A program made the position numbers and the translations under genes. Below the pieces are notes generated by a model that saw only the letters and a program-made list of their open reading frames with translations, ran no database searches and was not told where the DNA came from. From Candidatus Krumholzibacteriia bacterium (GTDB lineage Bacteria > Krumholzibacteriota > Krumholzibacteriia > LZORAL124-64-63), in the NCBI GenBank assembly GCA_050174015.1, contig JBFXKG010000003.1:160001-224000 (forward strand): DNA of 64,000 nucleotides, given 5' to 3'. Below are positions 28,426 to 38,105 of this stretch, piece after piece; the stretch's first letter is position 1, and each line of letters starts with the position of its first letter.

Positions 28426-31116
28426 ATGCGACTCGCTCTGCGCTGCCCCCAGCCGGCCCTCGCGTTCATGGTCCTGTCGTTCCTGATCGCCGGCCCTGCC
28501 GGCGCCGCAGACACCGAAACGGTCTCGGGACCCGGAACGGTGCGGGCGGTCCGTCTGGATGAACCGGTGGTCCTGGACGGTCTGCTCCTCGAGGACGCCT
28601 GGCAGGGGCCCGGGGAATCCCGCCTGGTCCAGAACGATCCCGTCAACGGGGTGGCTCCCCGCCACCGCACCGAGTTCTGGGTGGCGTACGATGACGCCGC
28701 GGTCTTCGTCGCCGCGCGCATGCACGATTCGGCCCCCGACTCCATCGCGGCCCGTCTGGGCCGCCGGGACACCTGGCCCAGCTCCGACTGGATCTACATC
28801 AACCTCGACACCTTCAACGACGACCGCAACGCCTTCTCGTTCTCGATCAATCCTGCAGGAGTGATCGGCGATTCCGCCCTCTACAACGACGGTTGGGGGG
28901 ACTCGACCTGGGACGGGGTCTGGGAGGCGGCCACGAACATCGACGGCCAGGGCTGGACCCTGGAAGTCCGTATCCCCTTTTCCCAGCTGAAATTCCCCGA
29001 CACCGACCAGCAGGTCTGGGGCTTCAACTTCTCGCGGCGCATCCTGCGCTACAACGAACGGGACGACCTGTTCCACCTGCCCCGGGACGAGGCGGGCTAC
29101 GGCCGCCGGTTCCCCGACCTGGTGGGCATCTCAGGCGTCCGGCCGGGCAGCAAGGCCGAGGTCCGTGCCTACGGCCTGCTCAAGGGCGAGGCCCTCAACG
29201 TGGACCCGGGCGATCCCTTCCGTGAGGACCCCCAGCTGAGCGGCAACGCAGGCCTGGACGTCAAGACCGCCCTGTCGAACAACCTGACGATGAACGCCAC
29301 GGTGAACCCCGATTTCGGCCAGGTGGAGGTCGACCCCGCGGTGGTGAACCTCTCGGCCTACGAGACCTTCTTCGAGGAGAAGCGCCCGTTCTTCGTGGAG
29401 GACGCCAACATCTTCCGCTTCGGCGAGGAGGGGACCAGCAGCAACTGGAACTTCAACTGGATGAGCCCGCTGCTGTTCTACAGCCGCCGGGTGGGCCGGT
29501 ATCCCCAGATCGGCATCGAGGGGAGCCCGGATTGGGAGGACGGCCCGCAGTCGACCACCATCCTCGGGGCGACCAAGATCAGCGGCAAGGTGGGGGACAC
29601 CTCGGTCGGGGCCTTCACGGCGTTCACCGCCCGGGAGAAGGCGCACCTTCAGACCGACGGCCGGGAGCACGACCAGGTGGTCGAGCCGTTCACCAACTAC
29701 TCGGTGGTGCGGGCCAAGCACGCCCGTCCCGACGGCAGCCGGGGGCTGGGATTCCTGGCCACCTCAACCGTCCGCAAGCTCGACGACCCGGTCAGCCAGG
29801 CCGAGCTGGACAAGCGGTCGTTCACGGGCGGGATCGACGGCTGGACCCATCTGGACGAGGACGGCGTCTGGGCCCTGAAGGCGTACCTGGCCGGCAGCCA
29901 TGTCACCGGCAGTCCCGAGGCCATCGACGCGTTGCAGACCTCCTCGCGCCACGCCTTCGACCGCCCCGGCGCCGACCACCTTTCCTACGACCCCGGCTCG
30001 ACGACGATGACCGGCTGGCAGGGGCGGGCGGCGGTGAACAAGGAGTCGGGCGACTGGCTGTTCAACTCCGCGGCGGGATACTCCTCGCCCGGTTACGAGA
30101 TCAACGACGTCGGTTTCGCCTACTACACCGACGTGATCAACTGGTCGGTGGTGGGGGGGTACCGCTGGACCGAGCCGAACCGTCTCTTCCGCAACCAGAG
30201 CGTGAATCTGGCGACCTACAAGACCTGGGACACCGGCGGGACGCCGGACAACGGCGGCTTCGGCGCCTGGTACTGGGCCCAGTTCGCCAACTTCTGGAGC
30301 CTGGATGGGATGGTCTTCTTCAACCCGGAGCGCAACGACATCCGCGCCACCCGCGGCGGACCGGTGATGCGGGCGCCCGGCTACCGCGAATTCGACCTGA
30401 ATCTCTCCTCGGACGGCCGGCGCAGCTGGTCGTGGAGCGTCGGAGGAGGAGCCTCCGGGGACGACGCGGGATCCCATTCGGGCTACGGTTCGCTCTCCCT
30501 GGAGGTGCATCCGGTGCAGGCTTTGGGAGTGACCCTGAGCCCGCGTTACCGCTGGTCGCAGGACGAGGCCCAGTATTACGACGTGGTCGCCGATCCGCTG
30601 ATGGAATCCACCTTCGGCAAGCGCTACGTCTTCGCCGACCTGGAATACCGGCAGTTCTCCCTGGAGACGCGCATCGACTGGACCTTCACGCCGAAGCTCA
30701 CCCTGCAGACCTACGTCCAGCCGTTGTTCGCCTCCGGCGACTACAGCGACCTGAAGGAACTGGCCCGCCCCGGCACCTTCGACTTCAACCGCTACGGGCA
30801 GGACGGAGGCTCGACGCTGGTCTACGACCCCCAGGGCGACGCCGACAACCCGTACCTGGTGACCCCTCCGGGCGGGTCCGGAGCCGACGCCTTCCGCCTG
30901 GCCGACCAGGACTTCAACTTCAAGTCCCTGAAGATCAACCTCGTGCTGCGGTGGGAGTATGCCGCAGGCAGCACCTTCTTCTTCGTATGGACCCAGGACC
31001 GGGCGAACCTGGACGACCCCGGACGGTTCGACCTGGGTCGCGACGTGCGCTCCCTGCTGGACGCCCCCGGCGAAGACATCTTCATGGTGAAGGTGTCGCA
31101 GTACTTCTCGCTGTGA
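28426..31116 (+). CDS. CBM9-like + DUF5916 outer-membrane protein
   Basis: 'VLDGLLLEDAW', 'WDGVW..GWTLEVRIPFSQLKF', 'ATVNPDFGQVEVD..NLSAYETFFEEKRPFFVE', 'LFYSRRVG', 'NLVLRWEY..GSTFFFVW'. Confidence 0.88.
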   Translation: MRLALRCPQPALAFMVLSFLIAGPAGAADTETVSGPGTVRAVRLDEPVVLDGLLLEDAWQGPGESRLVQNDPVNGVAPRHRTEFWVAYDDAAVFVAARMHDSAPDSIAARLGRRDTWPSSDWIYINLDTFNDDRNAFSFSINPAGVIGDSALYNDGWGDSTWDGVWEAATNIDGQGWTLEVRIPFSQLKFPDTDQQVWGFNFSRRILRYNERDDLFHLPRDEAGYGRRFPDLVGISGVRPGSKAEVRAYGLLKGEALNVDPGDPFREDPQLSGNAGLDVKTALSNNLTMNATVNPDFGQVEVDPAVVNLSAYETFFEEKRPFFVEDANIFRFGEEGTSSNWNFNWMSPLLFYSRRVGRYPQIGIEGSPDWEDGPQSTTILGATKISGKVGDTSVGAFTAFTAREKAHLQTDGREHDQVVEPFTNYSVVRAKHARPDGSRGLGFLATSTVRKLDDPVSQAELDKRSFTGGIDGWTHLDEDGVWALKAYLAGSHVTGSPEAIDALQTSSRHAFDRPGADHLSYDPGSTTMTGWQGRAAVNKESGDWLFNSAAGYSSPGYEINDVGFAYYTDVINWSVVGGYRWTEPNRLFRNQSVNLATYKTWDTGGTPDNGGFGAWYWAQFANFWSLDGMVFFNPERNDIRATRGGPVMRAPGYREFDLNLSSDGRRSWSWSVGGGASGDDAGSHSGYGSLSLEVHPVQALGVTLSPRYRWSQDEAQYYDVVADPLMESTFGKRYVFADLEYRQFSLETRIDWTFTPKLTLQTYVQPLFASGDYSDLKELARPGTFDFNRYGQDGGSTLVYDPQGDADNPYLVTPPGGSGADAFRLADQDFNFKSLKINLVLRWEYAAGSTFFFVWTQDRANLDDPGRFDLGRDVRSLLDAPGEDIFMVKVSQYFSL

Positions 31117-31121
31117 AGGAG

Positions 31122-33230
31122 TCAGAGCGCAAGGATGGCGACGGCAAGCAGGGCGGCCCCGGCGGCCGCCCCGCCCGGGCCCCACAGGGGGATCAGCACC
31201 AGGCCCGCCGTCAGCGAGCCCAGGGCGCTGCCCGCCAGGTCGGCGGCGATCAGCGGCGAAGCCGTCCGCCCGGGTGAGGTCCCCTGCGCCCGGCCCAGCA
31301 GGGCGAACGCCCAGCCCACAGCAGCGGCGCCGAGCATCAGCGTCGCACCGGCGGCGGGCAACGAGTCCAGCAGGCCGCGCTCCATCGCCCACCACGCCGC
31401 CAGGGCCGCCGCGGCGAGGCACACTGCCGGTCCCCGGATCCGGCCGGCGAAGGCGTCGGTCCCGCGCGCCCCCGCCGCCGACCCCAGGGCCATCCCCAGC
31501 ATGAACAGGCAGAGCAGCAGGCCCAGGTCCTGGTAGAGGGCGCCGACGCGGACCTGGAAGTCCATCAGGACCGCGGCTTCCAGGGCCATCCCGGCGGCGC
31601 CGATCGCGCCCATGGCCGCCCCGAGCCGCACCCGGGGATGCCGCCTGGCGAACCGGGCGACCACCGCCCAGGCGGCTGCGACCGCCCAGGTCCAGGGCGA
31701 CCGGATGAAGTCCGCGGCGGTGAGGGACCCCGCCTCGACCCAGCCCACCTCCGGCCGGAACCGCGCAAACCACAGCAGCAGGGTGTGGCGGAAGCAGGCT
31801 GGCCGGGCGTCGGTGTTGGCGGAAACCTCGGCGGATGCCAGCAAGGAATCCATCTCCGCGAACCGGTCGTTGCCGTAGAGGTATTCCAGATAGGCGGGAC
31901 TGATCAATCGGGTCTTCGTCCCGCGGGCCGTGAGCCGCTCGGCCGGGGTGGCGGCGTCGCGCGCCAGCGGTGCGGCCGAAGCCAGGAACACGTCGACGGA
32001 TCCCGGCACGACCACCACCGAGGCGAAGGTCCCTTCCAGGGCCCGCACGATGGCCGCGGCCCGCCGGATGCGCGCCGGCGTCCGGACGTTCTCCGACCCT
32101 GTCAGCCGGAAGGCCAGGACCCCCCGGGGGGTCAGGGCGGCCCGGCACGCCGTGAAGAACTCCGCGGTGTAGTAACGGTTGGCCAGGGCGCTGTCGGGGT
32201 CGGGCATGCCCACCAGGACGAGATCCCAGCCGGCCTGTCCGGCCAGGTATCGCCGGGGATCGGCGACCACGGTGTCCAGTGCCGGGCCGGACGGGTTCGT
32301 CAGTTCCCGCAGCATGGCCAGCAGGACCGGGTCCCTCTCCACGTACATCACCGCTTGCGCGCGGAGCTTGCCCACCTCGTCGAGGATGCCGGTCAACCCT
32401 CCGCCCAGCACGAGGATGCGGCGCGGGTCGTCGACCTGCAACGCCGCCAGCTGGACGAATTCCTCGGCCGCGGTGCCCTGGTTCTCGTAGGCGAGGGCGT
32501 CGTTGACGAAGAAGGCGAGCTGGCCCCGGCGGCCCTCGGCGGTGATGCGGCCGTAGGGCGTGTCCCGCACGGCCAGCAGGTCGGGATGGTTCCAGCGGGT
32601 GGTCGCCCGGTCGAGGGCGGGGGACAGGAGGAGACCGACAACCAGCAGAAGGCAAGCGGCGACGCCGGCGATCCGCGCCTTCGCCTGGCGTCCGATCGCG
32701 CAGGCCCCTGCGGCGATCACCCCGCAGACCATCCCCTGGGTCAGGTTGCCCAGGCCGGCCGCGACGAAACCGGTGGCCGCCGCGCCGCCGGCGAGGGCTC
32801 CCGCGCATTCGGCGGCGTAGGCGGCGCCCAGGGTGCGGCCGCCGGCGACCGCGCCGCGTGCGGCCAGGGCGAAGACGAGGCCCGAGATCAGGGCGGCAGG
32901 CACGAGGATGGTTGCCATGGCAACCATCTGACCGGAAAAGGGAAGATAGGCCCCGGGAACGGCTCCCCAGATCCCCCGGACCGCCCGCGCCCATACGACC
33001 AGGCCAGGGACGAGGAGCCCGAAAACCAACAGGAACACGGGCGCGACAAGCAGGGCCCCACCCCGCAACCGGCCCGCCGCCGCCGCACCCAGCCCGGTCC
33101 CCAGCAGCCACAAACCGATCCCCAGCAGGATCACCAACTCGCTGCCGAAGAAGGCGATCGTGACCTCGCGCAGCAGGATCACCTGACCCAGCAGCGAGAC
33201 CGAGCCCAGGACCGCGAGCAACGCCATCAT
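31122..33230 (-). CDS. Multi-pass membrane protein with a central spermidine-synthase-like (SAM-binding) domain
   Basis: N-terminal TM block 'QVILLRE..FFGSEL'; 'DTPYGRI', 'RILVLGGG', 'VERDP', 'DPRRYL', 'NRYYTAEFF'; C-terminal TM block. ATGA overlap with the upstream stop. Confidence 0.82.
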   Translation of the reverse strand: MMALLAVLGSVSLLGQVILLREVTIAFFGSELVILLGIGLWLLGTGLGAAAAGRLRGGALLVAPVFLLVFGLLVPGLVVWARAVRGIWGAVPGAYLPFSGQMVAMATILVPAALISGLVFALAARGAVAGGRTLGAAYAAECAGALAGGAAATGFVAAGLGNLTQGMVCGVIAAGACAIGRQAKARIAGVAACLLLVVGLLLSPALDRATTRWNHPDLLAVRDTPYGRITAEGRRGQLAFFVNDALAYENQGTAAEEFVQLAALQVDDPRRILVLGGGLTGILDEVGKLRAQAVMYVERDPVLLAMLRELTNPSGPALDTVVADPRRYLAGQAGWDLVLVGMPDPDSALANRYYTAEFFTACRAALTPRGVLAFRLTGSENVRTPARIRRAAAIVRALEGTFASVVVVPGSVDVFLASAAPLARDAATPAERLTARGTKTRLISPAYLEYLYGNDRFAEMDSLLASAEVSANTDARPACFRHTLLLWFARFRPEVGWVEAGSLTAADFIRSPWTWAVAAAWAVVARFARRHPRVRLGAAMGAIGAAGMALEAAVLMDFQVRVGALYQDLGLLLCLFMLGMALGSAAGARGTDAFAGRIRGPAVCLAAAALAAWWAMERGLLDSLPAAGATLMLGAAAVGWAFALLGRAQGTSPGRTASPLIAADLAGSALGSLTAGLVLIPLWGPGGAAAGAALLAVAILAL

Positions 33231-34765
33231 CGCCGGGGCAGGTCGTGCTCGCCGAATACCTCGGCCTGGAACACCGACAGCTGGGCGCCCGAGCGCCAGG
33301 CGTCGGCGGGCAGACCGGCCTTCAAGCTCAGCTGCCGGAGGAGGGTCTCGCGGTCCCAGCCCTGCTCCGTGGCCACCTGGGGCAGGAAGACCGCGGACCG
33401 GTCCCCCTTGCGCAGCACCACGCCGTCGCGGCCGACCACCACGGCCTCGGGTCCGGAAACCGCGCGGAACGGCGTCAGCACCGAGATCTCGATCTCCAGG
33501 TCGTCCGCCTCGCGCATGGTGACGGGATCGAACCTGCGGTCGTTGAAGGCGGCCTGGATGGCCATGGCTCCGACCACCTGTCCCAGCGGCATGTCCTCGG
33601 TCATGTGGCCGATGCATCCCCTCAGTTGTCCACGCTTCTTGAGGGTGACGAAGGCGCCCTGCTGCCGCCACAGGACGGGCGAAACGCTCCGGAAAAGCGG
33701 GGCCGTCTCCGAATCGAGGTATTGCCGGATGGTCGCGCGCGCGAACTCCAGCAGGGCGCGGCGATCGCCGTCCTTCAGCTCCGTTTCCGCAGGCGCGGGC
33801 TCCACGGGCGACAAAGCGGCGGTGTCGGCCTCGCCGGCTCCGGGCAGGATGGCGACCGACCCGTATCCCACGCAGCGGCTGCGGTCGCCGACCGCCGTGT
33901 CGCCGCTGTTGGCGTAGCTGAGCGCCGCCGCGTGGCCCGCGCCCAGCAGGCTGGCCGCCGTCAGGGCGATCACGATGGGGCCTTCCCCGCAGGCGCAGGT
34001 CGCGAGGTCGGCGCGGCTGGATCGCATCTGCTTCCCGATGGTCCGCCGCACCTCCGTGGGATCCAGCGTGGCCACGGCCGCCAGGACGGCCCGATCGCTC
34101 GCACAGGCCTCGGCGTGGGGGGGATAGTGGGAAAGGTCGCTGCTGGCGATGATCAGCGGCTTCCGACCCTCGAGGGCGGAGGGGAGGGCTCGGGCGAAGG
34201 CGTCCCACAATTTTTCATCATGGCCGCCGACCACCACCGGCACGATGGGCACTCCGGGCAGGACGGTCTGCACGAAGGGAACCTGGACCTCGACCGAGTG
34301 CTCCGCCGAATCGGCCCGCGGTTCGTAGGCGAATCGCTTGTCGGCGCGGCGCAAGGCGTCGGCCAGCGTCCGGTCGCAGGACGCCGTCCCCAGGGGCGTG
34401 CGGTAGCCGGGGCCGTCGTAGACCGAGATCCCCTGGAACCCGGACGCCTTGTGGTTCACGCCCAGGATCACCACCACGTCGTAATCGCCGCCCTCTGCCT
34501 GCCGGTAGCCGTCGGCGGCGATCTGGCCCGAGAAGACGTACCCCGCGTGGGGGACGATCAGGGCAAGGGGCCTTTCGTGCCGCGCAGGCACGGCGCGGTC
34601 GAGGAAGGCCCGCACCGCCATCCTCAGGGCGCCGGGCTCTCCGGGATAGAAGGTCCCGGCGACCGCCGCCGGGCGCACCTTGCCTGCGGCGAAGGTCGGT
34701 TCACCGAAGTTCGTCAGGATCGACATGGCCAGCACGCTCCAGGTCAGGATGGACCGCGACGTCAT
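33227..34765 (-). CDS. AmmeMemoRadiSam protein B (Memo) - protein A (AMMECR1) fusion
   Basis: Memo motifs 'VRPAAVAGTFYP', 'VPHAGYVFSG', 'EHSVEVQVPF', 'ASSDLSHYP', 'VGYG'. AMMECR1 motifs 'GAFVTL..LRGCIG..AAFNDRRF..IEISVL..FLPQVA'. Hydrophobic N-terminal extension. Confidence 0.93.
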   Translation of the reverse strand: MTSRSILTWSVLAMSILTNFGEPTFAAGKVRPAAVAGTFYPGEPGALRMAVRAFLDRAVPARHERPLALIVPHAGYVFSGQIAADGYRQAEGGDYDVVVILGVNHKASGFQGISVYDGPGYRTPLGTASCDRTLADALRRADKRFAYEPRADSAEHSVEVQVPFVQTVLPGVPIVPVVVGGHDEKLWDAFARALPSALEGRKPLIIASSDLSHYPPHAEACASDRAVLAAVATLDPTEVRRTIGKQMRSSRADLATCACGEGPIVIALTAASLLGAGHAAALSYANSGDTAVGDRSRCVGYGSVAILPGAGEADTAALSPVEPAPAETELKDGDRRALLEFARATIRQYLDSETAPLFRSVSPVLWRQQGAFVTLKKRGQLRGCIGHMTEDMPLGQVVGAMAIQAAFNDRRFDPVTMREADDLEIEISVLTPFRAVSGPEAVVVGRDGVVLRKGDRSAVFLPQVATEQGWDRETLLRQLSLKAGLPADAWRSGAQLSVFQAEVFGEHDLPRR

Positions 34766-36021
34766 CAGCTCCATACTCCCGCAATGGGCGCGCCGCAGAA
34801 CCCGCAGGATCCGCCGCGCACGTGATTGTTCTCGATCAGGAATCCCCGCCGCCGGATGACCACCTTCCCGCAACCCGGACAGTACGTGTGGTTCCCTTCG
34901 TGTCCCGGCACGTTGCCCACGTAGGGGTGATGGATGCCGGCGGCCAGGGCGGCCTCGCGTGCCCGCTCGAGCGTCTCGACCGGAGTGGGCGGCAGGTGTT
35001 GCAGCTGATAGTCCGGATGGAAGCGGGTGAAGTGCACCGGCACGTCGGGGCCTACTTCCCCGACGACCCAGCGGCAGAGCTCGTCCAGCATGGCGGGGGA
35101 GTCGTTCAGGGTGGGCACCACCAGGTTCACCAGCTCCAGGTGGACGCCGCACCGCGACGCCTGGCGGATGCTCCGCAGGACCGGATCGAGCTCCGCCGAA
35201 CAGACCTTGCGGTAGAAGTCGGGGCTGAACCCCTTGAGGTCGATCTTCAGGGCGTCCAGGCACCCGCACAGTTCGCGCAGCGGCGCCTCGTTCATGAACC
35301 CGCAGCTGATCATCGCGGTCCGCAGTCCCCGGGCGCGCGCCAGATCGGCGATGTCGATCAGGTACTCGATGAACACCGTCGGTTCGTTGTAGGTGAAGGC
35401 GATCACCGGGGCGCTGCGACCGACGGCCCCCTGGACCATGCGAGCGGGTTCGACGACGTCGCCGGGATTGTCCTCGGGCCGGGCCTGGCTGATCTCCCAG
35501 TTCTGGCAGAACAGGCAGTGCAGGGCGCAGCCCACCGTGGCCAGGCTGAACGCCGTGCTGCCGGGCAGGAAGTGGTAGAGGGGTTTCTTCTCGATGGGAT
35601 CGGTATGGATGGCCGCCGGCCGCCCGTACACCAGGGTCCTCAGCTCCCCGCCGTGGTTGTAACGCGCGTTGCAGCGGCCGCGTCCCCCGGAAGGGATCAC
35701 GCAGCCCTGGGCGCAGAGCAGGCACCGGACGGTGCGGGGGTCCTCGTGCTCGTGGGCGGCCGAGACGTCGAAATCCGGGGCCGGATGACAGGCGCGACAA
35801 TCGGCGTCGGCGGAGACGGCGCTGGTCCAGTAGCGGGCGCGGGGGGCCGTACGGATGATCTCGTCGAGGACGCGGGCGGCCACCGCGTCCCCGTTTCCCA
35901 TGGCGGTGAAGAGGCGGCCGAGGCCGGCGGGATCCAGGACGATCCCTGCTGCACCGATCCCCAGGCCGAGCCGTGCGGCGAGGTCCAGGAAGCGGCGGCG
36001 GGACATGGCGGCCGGATGCAT
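34765..36021 (-). CDS. AmmeMemoRadiSam radical SAM enzyme with a twin-arginine leader
   Basis: 'DPIEKKPLYHFLPG', CxxxCxxC 'GCALHCLFCQNWEISQ', 'AFTYNEP', 'HFTRFHPDY', 'YVGNVPG..TYCPGCG'; N-terminal 'SRRRFL' followed by a hydrophobic stretch. Confidence 0.93.
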   Translation of the reverse strand: MHPAAMSRRRFLDLAARLGLGIGAAGIVLDPAGLGRLFTAMGNGDAVAARVLDEIIRTAPRARYWTSAVSADADCRACHPAPDFDVSAAHEHEDPRTVRCLLCAQGCVIPSGGRGRCNARYNHGGELRTLVYGRPAAIHTDPIEKKPLYHFLPGSTAFSLATVGCALHCLFCQNWEISQARPEDNPGDVVEPARMVQGAVGRSAPVIAFTYNEPTVFIEYLIDIADLARARGLRTAMISCGFMNEAPLRELCGCLDALKIDLKGFSPDFYRKVCSAELDPVLRSIRQASRCGVHLELVNLVVPTLNDSPAMLDELCRWVVGEVGPDVPVHFTRFHPDYQLQHLPPTPVETLERAREAALAAGIHHPYVGNVPGHEGNHTYCPGCGKVVIRRRGFLIENNHVRGGSCGFCGAPIAGVWS

Positions 36022-36174
36022 GATCACACCTCGGATCCATCATAGCGCAGCAGGACCGGCGGGGCAATCGGACCTGTCGGCCGTGGACCGGTCGACGGGC
36101 CCGCAGGAATGGGCTTGCCGGGGAACGGGTTCCCGCGCAGAGTCGTGTCCGGATTCCAGAGGTGAGGTGCAGCC

Positions 36175-37419
36175 ATGGGTGAGCGCGTGATCGTCGTCGG
36201 CGCCGGAGTGATGGGACTGAGCGCGGCCCGCCATCTCCAGCGCCGGGGCTTCGAGGTCGTGGTCCTGGAGGAAGACACCGGGATCGGCGGTTCGGCGTCC
36301 GGCGGCAACGCCGGCATCCTGGCCTTCGGCCACCTTCCCCTGCCCCGGCCGGGCCTGGCCCGCAAGGCCGTGCGCTGGATGCTGGATCCCGAATCGCCCC
36401 TCTACGTGCCGCCGCGCTGGGACCCCGGGCTCTGGGGGTGGTTCCTGGACTTCCAGCGGGCCTGCAACACCGCACGGGTGAAGGCGTGCATGGACACCCT
36501 GGGACCGCTGGGCCGTCTGGCCCTCGCCGAGTGGCGGGAGCTGTCGGAAAGATACGGTTTCGCAGGGGGTCTCCGGCCTGCCGGGTGGCTCAACGTCTAC
36601 CGCACCGAGGCCGGCCGCCGGGAGGCCGAGCATGAGGCGGACGAGGCCCGCCGCTACGGTTTCGCTGCCGTTACCCTCGATGCCGCCCATCTGGCTGACC
36701 GGGAGCCCGCCTTCGCCGGCGGCGTCCTGGGGGCGGTCCACTATCCCGAGAGCATCGGGATCGACCCGGCGGCCTGCATGCGGGCCCTGGCCGCCGGCCT
36801 TCAGGACGACGGGGTGGAGATCCGCACCGGCGCTGGGGTCGAACGCCTCCTGGTGAAGGACGGCCGCTGTCTCGGGGTGCGCCTGCGGTCGGGGGAGGAG
36901 AATGTTGCCGGATCGACCATCCTGGCGGCGGGCGTGTGGTCGGACGGCCTGGCCCGCCAGGCGGGACTGCGCCTGCCCCAGCAGGGCGGCAAGGGGTATC
37001 ATCTCGACCTGGAACACCCGCAGGTTCGCCTGAAGACCCCCGCGGTTCTCACCGAAGTCTTCGTGGCGGTCAACCCGCTGCCGGACCGCCTGCGCCTGGC
37101 CGGCACGGTCGAGTTCTCGGGCACCAACCGCCGCCTGCGCCGCCGCCGGCTTGAGATGCTCGCCCGCGGGGCCGAGGGGTGGTTCGCGGGGCTGGAGGGC
37201 GCCCGGCGCCTCGGCGAAGGCTGCGACCTGCGTCCCTGTCTCGCCGACGGCCTGCTCGCGGTGGGCCGGGCCCCGAGGGTACGGGGCCTGTTCATCCTGG
37301 CGGGCGGGGCCAAGGTGGGCATGACCCTGGGGCCCGCCTGCGGCCGGCTGGTCGCGGCCTGCCTCGCGGGAGAGGATCCGCCCATCGACATGAAGCCCCT
37401 GGATCCGGGCCGTTTCTGA
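36175..37419 (+). CDS. FAD-dependent D-amino-acid dehydrogenase-like oxidoreductase (DadA family)
   Basis: 'VIVVGAGVMG', 'ASGGNAG', 'GKGYHL', 'LRLAGTVEF', 'LRPCLADG', 'PLDPGRF'. Confidence 0.88.
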   Translation: MGERVIVVGAGVMGLSAARHLQRRGFEVVVLEEDTGIGGSASGGNAGILAFGHLPLPRPGLARKAVRWMLDPESPLYVPPRWDPGLWGWFLDFQRACNTARVKACMDTLGPLGRLALAEWRELSERYGFAGGLRPAGWLNVYRTEAGRREAEHEADEARRYGFAAVTLDAAHLADREPAFAGGVLGAVHYPESIGIDPAACMRALAAGLQDDGVEIRTGAGVERLLVKDGRCLGVRLRSGEENVAGSTILAAGVWSDGLARQAGLRLPQQGGKGYHLDLEHPQVRLKTPAVLTEVFVAVNPLPDRLRLAGTVEFSGTNRRLRRRRLEMLARGAEGWFAGLEGARRLGEGCDLRPCLADGLLAVGRAPRVRGLFILAGGAKVGMTLGPACGRLVAACLAGEDPPIDMKPLDPGRF

Positions 37420-37443
37420 CCCGAGGGGAGGATTCCGGCAGCC

Positions 37444-38091
37444 ATGTTCGATCCACAGCTTTTCAGCCCGCACACCTGGCGCCTGCCCTCGGTCCTCGTC
37501 CTGGTCCTTGCCAACACCCTCCCGCTGTTGGGAGTGCTGCTGCTGGGCTGGGAGGCGTTCCCCATCCTGTTCCTGTTCTGGGCCGAGGGCGTGATCATCG
37601 GAGCCTATCATGTCCTGAGGATGCTGGCGGCGCGCCCGGCCGAGTGGGGCCACTGGGTCATGAAGGTCTTCCTGGTGCCCTTCTTCTTCGTCCACTACGG
37701 GATGTTCGCCGCGGGCCACGTCACCTTCCTGATCCAGCTCTTCGGGGGCGAGGGACGCTCCGACCCCGGATTCCCGCCGGACCCCGCAGTCCTGCTGGGA
37801 ATCATCGAGCGGCACCACCTGGCCTGGCCGGTCGCGGCTTTCGTGGTCAGCCACGGCGTTTCCTTCTTCGTCAATTACCTGGGCAAGGGAGAATTCCGGC
37901 GCATGGTCCCGGTGGTGATGATGATGACCCCCTACGCGCGCGTGATGGTCATGCACCTGACGCTGTTCGCGGGGGGATTCCTCATGATGAGGGCCGGCGA
38001 CCCCGCCGGGGGTCTGGTGGCCCTGGTGGTCCTCAAGACGATCCTGGATCTGGCGGCCCACCTGCGGGAGCGCCGCAAGCTGGGACGCTGA
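37444..38091 (+). CDS. DUF6498-like integral membrane protein
   Basis: 'ANTLPLLGVLLLGW..LFWAE..FFFVHYGMF..H..PYARVMVMHL..K..D..H' pattern with several TM segments. Confidence 0.72.
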   Translation: MFDPQLFSPHTWRLPSVLVLVLANTLPLLGVLLLGWEAFPILFLFWAEGVIIGAYHVLRMLAARPAEWGHWVMKVFLVPFFFVHYGMFAAGHVTFLIQLFGGEGRSDPGFPPDPAVLLGIIERHHLAWPVAAFVVSHGVSFFVNYLGKGEFRRMVPVVMMMTPYARVMVMHLTLFAGGFLMMRAGDPAGGLVALVVLKTILDLAAHLRERRKLGR

Positions 38092-38105
38092 ACCTCCCGC
38101 GCAGG

